Of a DNA stretch of 64,000 bases, positions 1 to 8,881 are shown one piece after another (position 1 is the first letter of the stretch; every line of letters begins with the position of its first letter). Both the position numbers and the translations under genes were made by a program. This DNA is from Actinomycetota bacterium. Its GTDB lineage: Bacteria > Actinomycetota > UBA4738. The stretch lies in the NCBI GenBank assembly GCA_036847185.1, contig DAIUAM010000001.1:2331-66330 (forward strand), in the 5' to 3' direction. The notes below the pieces were generated by a model. It searched no databases, was not told the origin of the DNA, and was given only the letters and a program-made list of their open reading frames with translations.

Positions 1-1332
1 CGACGACGGGTCGATGCGGGTGACGGAGTCGTCCTCGGTGTCCGTGACCCACACGTGGCCCTCGCCGAACGCCACCTGTTCCGGGTTCCCGCGGAGCAGA
101 GGCACCGTCGCGGTCACCTGCAGCGTCCGAAGGTCGATCCGGGCAACCCGGCCCTTCAGGCCTTCTGCCACCCACACGGCGCCGCCCCCCACCGCGATGC
201 CCTTCGGGCCGCTGCCGCGTTCGAGCTGGATCACCTTGGAGGGCGCGGTCAGGTCCTGCGGGTTGTACTGGAGAACGGAGTCCTCGTAGTTGTTCGTGAT
301 CCAGATCGCGCCGTTCCCGTACGTGACGTCCCAGATGCCCACCCCGGGCGTGGCCTTTCTGATGTCGTGGGACTGCCTTGGGTCGATGCGATAGAGGACG
401 CCGGTCGTCGAACTGATCACCCAGACGAACCCGTCGCCGACCGTCACCGCGTTCGGCGCTGCGTCACTGGCGAGGGCGATGGCAGGGGAGGCGACGTTCG
501 TGGATGCATCGACCGACTGGACGGTGCCGTCGGCGAAGTTGGCCACCCAGACCCGGCCCGAATCGGCGGCCGCGGCCCCCGGCTGGTGGCCGACGGGGAC
601 GGCGCCCTCCACCTTGCCCGCCGCGGCGTCGATGCGCACCACGGTGTCCACCGAGGGCGCTGGGAGGCCGGGGGCATGCCGGCGAAGCGTCAGGACCGTC
701 GGGACGGTCACTGCGGCCACCACCAGAAGGACGAGCACCGCGATGGCCGAAGCGGACAGCACACGCTTCGGCCTGGCCGGCTCCTCGCCCGCCAGCGGCG
801 GCCCTTCCTCGACGCGGTCCTCCCGAGGCTGCTCCACCGCGTACAGGTGCCACTGGGCGGGAACGCCCTTCAACTCCTGTTCGCCCAGGTCCCGGAAGGC
901 CAGCTCCGAGCCCGACATCAGGTCTCGCACGGTGCTGGACACGAGGACCTGGCCCGGCCCCGCCTTCGACATCACCCGCGCGCCGATGTGGACCGCGATC
1001 CCGCCGACCTTCGGGCCGATGACCTCGACCTCACCCATGTGGACGCCGGCCCGGATCTCGATACCGAGCCGCCTCACGCTGGCGATGGCGGCCTCGGCGC
1101 ACCGGATCGCCTGGGCGGGTTGATCGAAGGTCGCGAAGAACCCGTCCCCCGCCGTGTCCACCTCTCGGCCGTCGAAGCGTTTGAGCTCCCGACGGATCAG
1201 CGCGTGATGAGCGCTGATGAGCCGTCTCCACTCCTTGTCACCAACCTGGGCGGCCCGCTCGGTCGAGCCCACGATGTCGGTGAACAGGACGGTGGTGAGG
1301 AGACGTTGCGGGGTCGGCGCCTTGCGAGGCAT
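1..1332 (-). CDS. Class III adenylate/guanylate cyclase + TM helix + beta-propeller (YVTN/Vgb-like repeats); 3' end runs off the window
   Basis: Manual translation (not in the ORF track): MPRKAPTPQRLLTTVLFTDIVGST...EVDTAGDGFFATF...GGIAVHIGARV...ELKGVP. A hydrophobic stretch (AIAVLVLLVVAAVTVPTVL) follows, then repeats such as GRVWVANF, GFVWVISS, GAVWVAEG, GHVWVTDT. Alternative GTG start at 1350. Confidence 0.85.
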   Translation of the reverse strand, partial: MPRKAPTPQRLLTTVLFTDIVGSTERAAQVGDKEWRRLISAHHALIRRELKRFDGREVDTAGDGFFATFDQPAQAIRCAEAAIASVRRLGIEIRAGVHMGEVEVIGPKVGGIAVHIGARVMSKAGPGQVLVSSTVRDLMSGSELAFRDLGEQELKGVPAQWHLYAVEQPREDRVEEGPPLAGEEPARPKRVLSASAIAVLVLLVVAAVTVPTVLTLRRHAPGLPAPSVDTVVRIDAAAGKVEGAVPVGHQPGAAAADSGRVWVANFADGTVQSVDASTNVASPAIALASDAAPNAVTVGDGFVWVISSTTGVLYRIDPRQSHDIRKATPGVGIWDVTYGNGAIWITNNYEDSVLQYNPQDLTAPSKVIQLERGSGPKGIAVGGGAVWVAEGLKGRVARIDLRTLQVTATVPLLRGNPEQVAFGEGHVWVTDTEDDSVTRIDPSS

Positions 1333-1414
1333 GGGGGAAGTCTGGGGCACCGGAACCCGCTCGACAAGGGCTTCGCCACAAGCGATCGCACGGCCTGGGT
1401 GCGGCGACCGTGGT

Positions 1415-1960
1415 TCAGCGAGCGGTGCGCTTCGGCTTGAACGCTTCGAAGGGGTTGCGGCAGGACCGGCAGAAGTGGGTAGCGCGGCACAGGGTCGGGC
1501 CGAACGCGCTCTCCCGCACCGTGTCCCGGCTGCTGCAGAAGGGGCACGTGACACCGTCGCCCCGGGCAGTGATCGGTGGGGACAGGGGGACGAAGACCGG
1601 CCCAGGAGCCCGTTCGCCCGGGGGCGTGACGCCGTACTCCCGAAGCGCCTCGCGACCGGCCGGCGTGATGCGGTCGCTGGTCCAGGGTCTGGTGAGGACG
1701 AAGCGGATCCGGACCGCCCGCCCGCCGGCCACGGTTCGGACCGCCGCTTCGGCATCCTCTCGGATGACGTCCAACGCCGGACAGCCGGCGAACGTCGGGA
1801 GCAGGTCGACCTCGACCGCCTCCTCGTTCGCTTCGATCCGTTCCACGATGCCCAAGTCGGTGATCGAACACGGCGGGATCTCCGGGTCGTGGACGGTGGA
1901 CAGCGCGGCCCGCACGGCGTCCTCCAGCGAGGTCGCCACGACGGCAGGTCGCGTTACCAT
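1415..1960 (-). CDS. paaD: Phenylacetyl-CoA epoxidase subunit PaaD (FeS-assembly/DUF59 domain + CxxC zinc motifs)
   Basis: VHDPEIPPCSITDLGIV, PTFAGCPALDVIRE, WTSDRIT, CPFCSS...FGPTLCRATHFCRSCRNPFEAFK. The ATG at 1960 overlaps the paaC stop. Confidence 0.88.
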   Translation of the reverse strand: MVTRPAVVATSLEDAVRAALSTVHDPEIPPCSITDLGIVERIEANEEAVEVDLLPTFAGCPALDVIREDAEAAVRTVAGGRAVRIRFVLTRPWTSDRITPAGREALREYGVTPPGERAPGPVFVPLSPPITARGDGVTCPFCSSRDTVRESAFGPTLCRATHFCRSCRNPFEAFKPKRTAR

Positions 1961-2829
1961 CGCGCACCCGGGAACGAACGGTGGAGGTTCGTCATCTCCT
2001 CCCAGAGCGGCAGGAAGTCCTCCGAGTGGCGGCCCCGCCGGCCACCGGCCCCGGCGAACCCGCCTTCGTGCATCCACCGGCCGTCCCGCCGGACCAGGCC
2101 GGGCGCGGTCAGATCCTCGCCCGCCGTCTCGATCTCCCCGGACGACGTCGGGACCATCTCCCCCGTCCGGGGGCCGTGGTGTTCCAGCACGAAGTCCAGC
2201 GAGGCGGCCTCCAGGGCGTCACCGAGCCGTTCGAGCCATCGCCCCAGGAGCTCCTCGTTCGACGCGGGCAGCACGCCGTCGGCCACCAGCTGCTCCTCGT
2301 CCGGGAGCGGTTCGAACAGCGCCACCGCCTCCCCGATCGCCGCGATCAGGCCTTCCGCGAACCGCTGCCGGCCGGTCACCGGCCCGCGGGCCAGCCGTTC
2401 GAACCACGCCGTCGCGTGATCCACGTGGTACGTCTCTTCGAGCTGGAGGATCCGCACGATGCCGGCCAGTTCGGGCCACGCCGAATCCGCCAAACATTCC
2501 AGACGGACCGCATCGGCCGTGTCGTACAGGTACTGGCGGGCGACCGAGTATCCCCAGTCCGCGTTCGGGCGTTCGCACAGGACCGCGTTGCGGTACTCGC
2601 CGGGCTGCCGCCCGAGCGCCAGGGCATCCTCGTCGCGGCCGTCGAGCCCTGCCTGGGTGGCCAGCTGGTACAGGAGCCGAGCGTGGGCCATCTCGTCTTG
2701 GGCGATCGAAGAGAACGCGAGGTCCTCTTCGATGTGCGGGGCCCAGCCGGTCCACTCCGAGTGGCGGTGGCCGAGGATCAGCTCGTCGTCGGCCAGGGCG
2801 AACAGCAGCGTGAGGCGGGGATCCGGCAT
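1954..2829 (-). CDS. paaC: Phenylacetyl-CoA epoxidase subunit PaaC
   Basis: ADDELILGHRHSEWTGWAPHIEED...QDEMAHAR...EETYH; ferritin-like paralogue of PaaA within the paa gene order. Confidence 0.9.
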   Translation of the reverse strand: MPDPRLTLLFALADDELILGHRHSEWTGWAPHIEEDLAFSSIAQDEMAHARLLYQLATQAGLDGRDEDALALGRQPGEYRNAVLCERPNADWGYSVARQYLYDTADAVRLECLADSAWPELAGIVRILQLEETYHVDHATAWFERLARGPVTGRQRFAEGLIAAIGEAVALFEPLPDEEQLVADGVLPASNEELLGRWLERLGDALEAASLDFVLEHHGPRTGEMVPTSSGEIETAGEDLTAPGLVRRDGRWMHEGGFAGAGGRRGRHSEDFLPLWEEMTNLHRSFPGARW

Positions 2830-2880
2830 CTCGGGTTCGATGGTACTCGCGCGCGGCGAGCGAGCACGGCGATGGTGGGG

Positions 2881-3237
2881 CTAGGCGCCGTCCCGCGGTG
2901 AGCCCCGGCCGGTGGGAGGGCGGGGCGCTTCGATCCGCACGCCTTCCTTCGCGAACCGCTCGCTGAGCTTGCGGAGCTTGCCGCCGACCCCCGCGTAGGC
3001 TTCCTGCCGTCGGTACGAGTGGTCGGTCACCCCTCCCAGCACGTCGCCCTCGTATGGACCGACGTGGAGCTCGGACTCGCCACGCTTCCGAACGGCGTAC
3101 TCGACGCCCTCCTTGTGACGGAAGTGCGTCTCGCGGGCGAGCAGGAGGGCCATCTCGGCGTCGGGCGCCTTCACCCCGCCGACCAGCTCGAACCCGTCCG
3201 CGTTCGTTCGCTTGCCGAGGACGTCCCAGACGAACAT
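2881..3237 (-). CDS. paaB: PaaB-like small subunit (divergent)
   Basis: GGVKAPDAEMALLLARETHFRHKEG matches the PaaB 'APDAEMAL..AR..Y.RR.EG' pattern; lies between paaA and paaC. Confidence 0.75.
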   Translation of the reverse strand: MFVWDVLGKRTNADGFELVGGVKAPDAEMALLLARETHFRHKEGVEYAVRKRGESELHVGPYEGDVLGGVTDHSYRRQEAYAGVGGKLRKLSERFAKEGVRIEAPRPPTGRGSPRDGA

Positions 3238-3249
3238 GTCGGGCTCGCG

Positions 3250-4182
3250 CTAGGCGGCCGCGGCGGGGACGCCGTCGAACACCTCGCGGATCCACGCGTG
3301 CGTGTCCCACATGGCCTTCCGGTACAGGAGGCGGATCGAGGTCATGGGGCCGTTCCCCCTCACGGTCCGCCAGAACTCGTCCCAGTCGACCCAGTCGCCG
3401 TCGTTCCCCCAGATCCACCGCCCGTGTTCCTCGTCCCACCGCAGCTCCGGGTCCGGGACGGTGATCCCGACGTCCCAGAGCTTCGGGACGTAGGTCGAGA
3501 AGAACTCGCTCCGAAGGTCCTCATTCGACCGCGTCTTGATGCCCCAATACAGAAGCACGTCCTTGGCCGGGTCGGACGGCGGGCCGTAGAAATGCATGAT
3601 CGGGCGCCACCAGCGGTTCACCGCGTCCTGGAACATCGCGCGCTGCTCGGGGGTGCCGCTCACCAGTTCCAGGGCGAGCTCCTCGCCGTGCCGAAGGTGC
3701 AGGGACTCCTCGGCACAGATCCTCCGCATGGCCCGCACGTACGGCATGTACGAGCTGTCGAGCAGCGCCTTCTGGGTGACCAGGGCGGCCCCGTCGATCA
3801 GCCAGCCGATCACCGCCACGTCCCCCCACGTTTCCGTGGGGTAATGGAACACGTTGTGGAACTTCGTCCGGCCGTTCACCAGGTCGTCGAACATCTGCTC
3901 GCGGGACTTCCCGAGGTCCTCCGCCACCCGATAGAGGATCTGGCCGTGGCCGACCTCGTCTTGGACCTTCGCAGTCAGCGAGAGCTTGCGCCGCATGGTC
4001 GGCGCGCGGGGGATCCACTCGCGCTCCGGCAGCGCACCCATCACCTCGCTGTTGGCGTGCATCTCGATGAACTTCAGGGCGGCCTGGCGATATTCGTCGG
4101 GCATCCAGTCGCCGGCTTCGATCTTCTCGCCGGCGTCGATCCTGGCCTTGAACCCGACTGTCCGCTCCTCATAGGTGGTCAT
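3250..4182 (-). CDS. paaA: Phenylacetyl-CoA epoxidase catalytic subunit PaaA
   Basis: KIEAGDWMPDEYR, HANSEVMGALPE.EWIPRAP, KVQDEVGHG, GWLIDGAA, CAEESLH; GAGGAGG RBS upstream. Confidence 0.93.
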   Translation of the reverse strand: MTTYEERTVGFKARIDAGEKIEAGDWMPDEYRQAALKFIEMHANSEVMGALPEREWIPRAPTMRRKLSLTAKVQDEVGHGQILYRVAEDLGKSREQMFDDLVNGRTKFHNVFHYPTETWGDVAVIGWLIDGAALVTQKALLDSSYMPYVRAMRRICAEESLHLRHGEELALELVSGTPEQRAMFQDAVNRWWRPIMHFYGPPSDPAKDVLLYWGIKTRSNEDLRSEFFSTYVPKLWDVGITVPDPELRWDEEHGRWIWGNDGDWVDWDEFWRTVRGNGPMTSIRLLYRKAMWDTHAWIREVFDGVPAAAA

Positions 4183-4277
4183 GGCCTTCGCCTCCTCACC
4201 CCGAATGGTAGCCCAGCGCCTTGATCGCCGGACGCTGGGTCGGCGGCACCGCTCGTTTCTTGCGAGAATGCGTCGGC

Positions 4278-4694
4278 ATGATCGATCCGGCCTCGGAGAA
4301 GGGCCGCCACGTCCAGGAGCGGCTGCGAACCGACACCGTCGTGTGGCTGACCACCGTCCGCGCCGACGGGCAGCCCCAATCTTCTCCGGTGTGGTTCGTG
4401 TGGGACGGGGAGACGATCCTGCTGTACAGCAAGCCGTCGTCCGGGAAGATCCCGAACCTGCGGGCGAACCCCAAGGTCTCGCTGCACTTGGGCGACCGGG
4501 GCGGCTCAGATGTGATCAGCATGGAGGGCGTGGCCTCGATCGACGACCTCGCCCCGCCGGTCCACGAGCTCTCCCGGTACGTGGAAAAGTACCGGGGCCT
4601 GATCGCCGAGCTCGGCACCGAGCCCGAACCGTTCGCCCGGGACTATTCGGTCCCCATCCGCATCCGCATCACCCGGACCCGCCACCCCTACTAG
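4278..4694 (+). CDS. PPOX-class F420-dependent oxidoreductase (Rv3369-like)
   Basis: WLTTVRADGQPQSSPVWF...K..NLRANPKVSL split-barrel signature; GAGAAT -10-like hexamer 8 nt before the ATG. Confidence 0.85.
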   Translation: MIDPASEKGRHVQERLRTDTVVWLTTVRADGQPQSSPVWFVWDGETILLYSKPSSGKIPNLRANPKVSLHLGDRGGSDVISMEGVASIDDLAPPVHELSRYVEKYRGLIAELGTEPEPFARDYSVPIRIRITRTRHPY

Positions 4695-5148
4695 GGTCCC
4701 GCGGCTCGAGCTCGTACGCGATCCAGGTCGACCGCGATGCCCCGGTCGCGTCGTACACGCGCTGCGCGGCGAGGTTGTCGGGCGCGGTCAGCCATTCGAG
4801 GTGCGCGCCGCCGCGTTCGACCGTGGCCCGGAGCGCCGCGTCGATCAGTGCTCGTCCCGCCCCTCGACCGCGCTGGTCGGCCCGGACGAACAGGTCGTTC
4901 ATGACCGCGACCTCGGCCGCCCGGGTCGAGCTGAACGTCCAGTACAACAGCGCGAATCCGACCAGCTCGCCTTCGTCGTCCCACGCGCCCAGCACCACCC
5001 CGTCATCGCTGGGAGCGACGAACCGGGCCACGAACCGGCGGTTGCGTTCGTCGTCCGGCTCGGCCACGTAGAACCGCTGGTAGGCGGCGAAGAGCGGCAG
5101 CACGAGGTCCACTTCTTCGGCGCGGATCGGCCGAACGTCGATCGTCAT
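4669..5148 (-). CDS. GNAT N-acetyltransferase
   Basis: NDLFVRADQRGRGAGRAL acetyl-CoA motif A, W.TAPDNLAAQRVYD; ATGA overlap with the upstream GNAT. Confidence 0.85.
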   Translation of the reverse strand: MTIDVRPIRAEEVDLVLPLFAAYQRFYVAEPDDERNRRFVARFVAPSDDGVVLGAWDDEGELVGFALLYWTFSSTRAAEVAVMNDLFVRADQRGRGAGRALIDAALRATVERGGAHLEWLTAPDNLAAQRVYDATGASRSTWIAYELEPRDPSRGGGSG

Positions 5149-5651
5149 GTGGTCCCCGTCTCCTCGAACTCCGGAGGATAGATCGCGGTGCCGGAGACCG
5201 GACGATACGCCGGGAGCCGCACGGCCTGGAAGTCCGGCCGCCATCGCTCGAAGGGCGGGTCGACGCCGAACTCGCCCGCGGGCCGGAAGCCGAACCGCGC
5301 GTAGTACACCGGGTCTCCCAACACGATGACCAGCGGTTCCTGCCGGTTCCCCGCCCGGGCAAGCCCTTCGCGGACGAGCGCCGAACCGATCCCCTGCCGC
5401 TGCTGTGCCGGTGCCACCGCCACCGGCGCCAGAGCAAGCACGCTCTCGGCCCCCACCGCCGCGATGCTGAACAGCACGTGGCCGACGACCCCTCCGTCGC
5501 CTTCGGCGACCAGGGCGAGGGCCACGCGGCCGCCGGCCCGAAGCGCGTCCACCAGCGCGGCCTCGTTCGTCCGGCCATCGAACGCCGCGGTCACCACCAC
5601 GCGAACGGCATCCTCGTCTTCCGGCCCTTCGGCCCTGATCCGCACGACCAC
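5145..5651 (-). CDS. GNAT N-acetyltransferase (YhbS-like)
   Basis: LAPVAVAPAQQRQGIGSALV, VLGDPVYYARFGF. The start may be the GTG at 5645. Confidence 0.88.
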   Translation of the reverse strand: MVVRIRAEGPEDEDAVRVVVTAAFDGRTNEAALVDALRAGGRVALALVAEGDGGVVGHVLFSIAAVGAESVLALAPVAVAPAQQRQGIGSALVREGLARAGNRQEPLVIVLGDPVYYARFGFRPAGEFGVDPPFERWRPDFQAVRLPAYRPVSGTAIYPPEFEETGTT

Positions 5652-5717
5652 AGCCTACTCACGGGCCCGGGTACGATGGCAGGTGGCCGGGAACCACCCT
5701 CCAGGAGGCAGCCGAAG

Positions 5718-7241
5718 ATGACCGAGACCCACCAGATGCTGATCGCCGGCGAGCTGGTCGATGCCGCCGACGGCAGGACGTTCGACACGCTCGACCCCTC
5801 GACCGGCGAGGTGTACGCCAACGTGGCCCGGGGCGCCGCCGAGGACGCCCGGCGGGCGATCGCGGCCGCCCGGACCGCGTTCGACGAGGGACCATGGCCT
5901 CGCATGAAGGGCCGGGAGCGGGCGCAGTACCTGCTCAAGGTGGCCGAGCTGGCGAAGCAGAACTCCGGGGAGCTCACCGAGCTGGAGATCCACGACGCCG
6001 GCCACACCGTTCGCACGGCGAAGGGCGGTGACATCGGGATGGTCCTCTCCACGTTCCGGGTCTTCGCGGAGATCGCGGGGCGCGAAGAGGACGAATCTGC
6101 GCTTCCCCGGGTGCCGGGTTCGGCCAACTTCGTCCGGCGCGACCCGATCGGGGTCTGTGCCGGGATCACTCCGTGGAACTTCCCCATCCAGATGGCCGCG
6201 TGGAAGATCGCCCCGGCCATCGCCGCCGGCAACGCCGTGGTCATCAAACCCTCCCCGTTCGCCCCGCTGTCCACGCTGGCCCTGGGCAGGCTGTGCGCCG
6301 AAGCGGGCATCCCGGCGGGGGTGGTCAATGTGGTCCCGGGCACGGGCGTGGTGGCCGGCGAGGAGCTGGTGAGGTCACCGCTGGTGGACAAGGTGGCGTT
6401 CACCGGTTCGACCGCCGTGGGTAAGCGGATCATGCAGCTCGCGTCGGCCAACGTGAAGAAGGTGACGCTCGAACTGGGCGGGAAGTCGGCGGCCATCGTG
6501 CTGGACGACGCGAACCTCGACGTGGTGGCCGACGGCGTGCTGTGGGGCGTGTTCTTCCACAGCGGCCAGGTGTGCTCGGCCGGGACGCGCCTGCTCGTCC
6601 AGCGTTCGATATACGACGACCTCCTTGTCGAGCTGGCCAAGCGGACGCAGGCCCTCCGGGTGGGGCCGGCCGGCGACCCGGCCAGCGACCTCGGCCCGAT
6701 CATCTCGAGCACCCAGCTCGAGACGATCGAGCGCTACGTCGGGATCGGGGTGGACGAAGGCGCCGACCTGGTGGTGGGCGGCGAGCGCGCGGTGGTCGAG
6801 GGCCACGACGGCGGGTTCTACTTCCAGCCGACCATCTTCTCGGGCGTCCGCGGCGATATGACCATCGCCCGCGAGGAGATCTTCGGGCCGGTCCTCGCGG
6901 TCGCCGCCTTCGACGCGGTGGACGACGCGGTGCGCATGGCGAACGATTCGGACTACGGGCTGGCGGGCGGCGTGTGGTCGAACGACACCGGCCGGGCGGT
7001 GAAGGTCGCCGAGCGGCTTCGAACCGGTACCGTCTGGATCAACGACTGGCACATGATCAACCCGCGCTATCCGTTCGGCGGGTACCGGCAGTCGGGCCTG
7101 GGGCGGGAGCACGGGGAGTTCGGCTACGACGAGTATCGCGAGGTCAAGCACATCCACGTGGACCTGGGCGGGCCGACACGAGGGTCGCACCCGTGGTGGG
7201 ACATCACCGTCCCCAAGCGCCCGGCGCCCGAGGTGCCGTGA
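5718..7241 (+). CDS. NAD-dependent aldehyde dehydrogenase
   Basis: ITPWNFP, FTGSTAVG, LELGGKS, GQVCSAG (catalytic Cys), EEIFGPV, PFGGYRQSG; GGAGG RBS. Confidence 0.95.
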   Translation: MTETHQMLIAGELVDAADGRTFDTLDPSTGEVYANVARGAAEDARRAIAAARTAFDEGPWPRMKGRERAQYLLKVAELAKQNSGELTELEIHDAGHTVRTAKGGDIGMVLSTFRVFAEIAGREEDESALPRVPGSANFVRRDPIGVCAGITPWNFPIQMAAWKIAPAIAAGNAVVIKPSPFAPLSTLALGRLCAEAGIPAGVVNVVPGTGVVAGEELVRSPLVDKVAFTGSTAVGKRIMQLASANVKKVTLELGGKSAAIVLDDANLDVVADGVLWGVFFHSGQVCSAGTRLLVQRSIYDDLLVELAKRTQALRVGPAGDPASDLGPIISSTQLETIERYVGIGVDEGADLVVGGERAVVEGHDGGFYFQPTIFSGVRGDMTIAREEIFGPVLAVAAFDAVDDAVRMANDSDYGLAGGVWSNDTGRAVKVAERLRTGTVWINDWHMINPRYPFGGYRQSGLGREHGEFGYDEYREVKHIHVDLGGPTRGSHPWWDITVPKRPAPEVP

Positions 7242-7243
7242 GC

Positions 7244-7780
7244 ATGGAAGAGCCGACCCGGGCCGAAGCGATCGCCACGCTCCAGGAGGGCGACGCGAAG
7301 CTTCGCGGGCTGCTGGACGGGGTGGGCGAGGGGGCGCTCGAGCGGGCCGCCACGATCGGCGGGGGCGACTGGTCGGCGAAGGACCTGGTCGGGCACATCC
7401 AGTCGTGGGAGGGCTTCGCGGTGCGGACCGTGGAGGAGTGGCAACGGCGCGAAGAGCCGTGGATCCTCCAGGCCGCGTTCTCCGGTGCCGGCGGGGAGAA
7501 GGTCGACGCCCTGAACGCCTCCACGTATGAGCGGACCAAGGGCATGCGACCCGGCGAGGTGCTGCAGGAGTACGAACGCACCCACGCCGAGCTGATCGCC
7601 CTCCTGGGGGGGATGCCGGACGAACGGTGGAACGAAGGGCCGTTCTGGCCGGCGCCGGAGGAGCGCCGGGACCGGCTCGGGTCCCTACTCGGTTCGGTCC
7701 TGGGCGCGCCCCACCGCCCGTTCGGCCACGCCTTCGCCCACCTGCCGAACCTCTCGGACTACGTCGCGTCGCTCCGCTGA
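7244..7780 (+). CDS. DinB/YfiT-superfamily four-helix protein (ClbS/DfsB/MDMPI-like)
   Basis: DWSAKDLVGHIQSWE and C-terminal GHAFAH; a GTG at 7238 overlaps the ALDH stop. Confidence 0.7.
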   Translation: MEEPTRAEAIATLQEGDAKLRGLLDGVGEGALERAATIGGGDWSAKDLVGHIQSWEGFAVRTVEEWQRREEPWILQAAFSGAGGEKVDALNASTYERTKGMRPGEVLQEYERTHAELIALLGGMPDERWNEGPFWPAPEERRDRLGSLLGSVLGAPHRPFGHAFAHLPNLSDYVASLR

Positions 7781-8220
7781 GCACCCTCCACCAGCCGGCC
7801 GAGGTTGCGGATCGAACGCCGAAGCATCGCCCGCTGCCAGGGCGCATACGCGCGAAGGGCCAGAGAGCCAAGCACGGGCGGAGGCATCCGGAGATCTTCG
7901 ATCCAGGTGAACCTCGTGTACGAACCACCCGGGCCGGTCGCCTCGAGGCGCCACTCGCCGGTGCCGACCACCATTCCCAGATGGGCGATGCGCAAGCGAT
8001 GCGGCGGCTCCCAGGTCGTCACCTGGACGAGATCGGTGGCCGCCGGGAAACCGAAGACCCGCGTCCGGACCTGCAGCCGGGCGCCCTGTTCGCGCTCCGA
8101 ACCCAACAGCCGCATCCACGCCACGTCGGGCATCCACAAGGCCTGGCCCTCCCAGTCGGCCAGGACCGTCCACACCCGGCTCGGAACCGCGGCGAACGAC
8201 GCGGTCTCGTGGAATCTCAC
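7759..8220 (-). CDS. SRPBCC/polyketide cyclase-dehydrase family protein
   Basis: PSRVWTVLADWEGQALWMPDV...VTTWEPPHRLRIAH...RFTWIED START-like pattern. Confidence 0.8.
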   Translation of the reverse strand: MRFHETASFAAVPSRVWTVLADWEGQALWMPDVAWMRLLGSEREQGARLQVRTRVFGFPAATDLVQVTTWEPPHRLRIAHLGMVVGTGEWRLEATGPGGSYTRFTWIEDLRMPPPVLGSLALRAYAPWQRAMLRRSIRNLGRLVEGAQRSDAT

Positions 8221-8315
8221 GGCCGGGACCTTGACCCCAGGGACCGGCGGTTGCAGAGTACGGTCGGCCACGGGGCACGGATGTCCCCGGACCGGCGCGA
8301 CCAAGGGGAGGACTG

Positions 8316-8855
8316 ATGGACTGGTTCCACTTCTGGCTGTTGCTGCACATCCTGTTCGCGATCGCGGTCTTCGGACCGACGTTCGCGTTCCCGTTGATCG
8401 CTTCGTTCGCGGCCAAGGAACCCCAGCACGCGCACGTGGTCGTCGAGATCGCCCACGCCATCGAGACGAAGATCGTGCTCCCGGGCGGGTTCGTCATGCC
8501 GTTCCTGGGGATGGCGTTGATCCTCCAAGGACACTTCTCGCTGGGCGGGAACCCGTGGCTGGTCGAGGGGATCATCCTCTACACCATCGCGTACCTGTTC
8601 TCGGTGACCGTGCAGCTCCGGAACTCGAACAAGATGCTCAAGCTGCTGGAAAGCATGCCGGCCCCCCCGCCGCCCGGAGCGCCGGGCGCGGAAGGCGGCG
8701 CGGCGCCCGCCGGGCCGCAGGGGCCGCCCCCCGCGATCGCCGCCCAGGCGAAGAAGCTCCGGCTGGGGGGCATGCTCCTGACCGTGCTGGTCGTCGCGAT
8801 CATCGTGCTGATGGTATGGCGGCCGGGGTGCGGACCCGGGTTCTGCGGGGGCTGA
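8316..8855 (+). CDS. DUF2269-like integral membrane protein
   Basis: Four hydrophobic helices; LLLHILFAIAVFGPTF start typical of this family; GGGGAGG RBS. Confidence 0.7.
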   Translation: MDWFHFWLLLHILFAIAVFGPTFAFPLIASFAAKEPQHAHVVVEIAHAIETKIVLPGGFVMPFLGMALILQGHFSLGGNPWLVEGIILYTIAYLFSVTVQLRNSNKMLKLLESMPAPPPPGAPGAEGGAAPAGPQGPPPAIAAQAKKLRLGGMLLTVLVVAIIVLMVWRPGCGPGFCGG

Positions 8856-8881
8856 CGGGAACACCCTCCGGCCGAGGCAAC

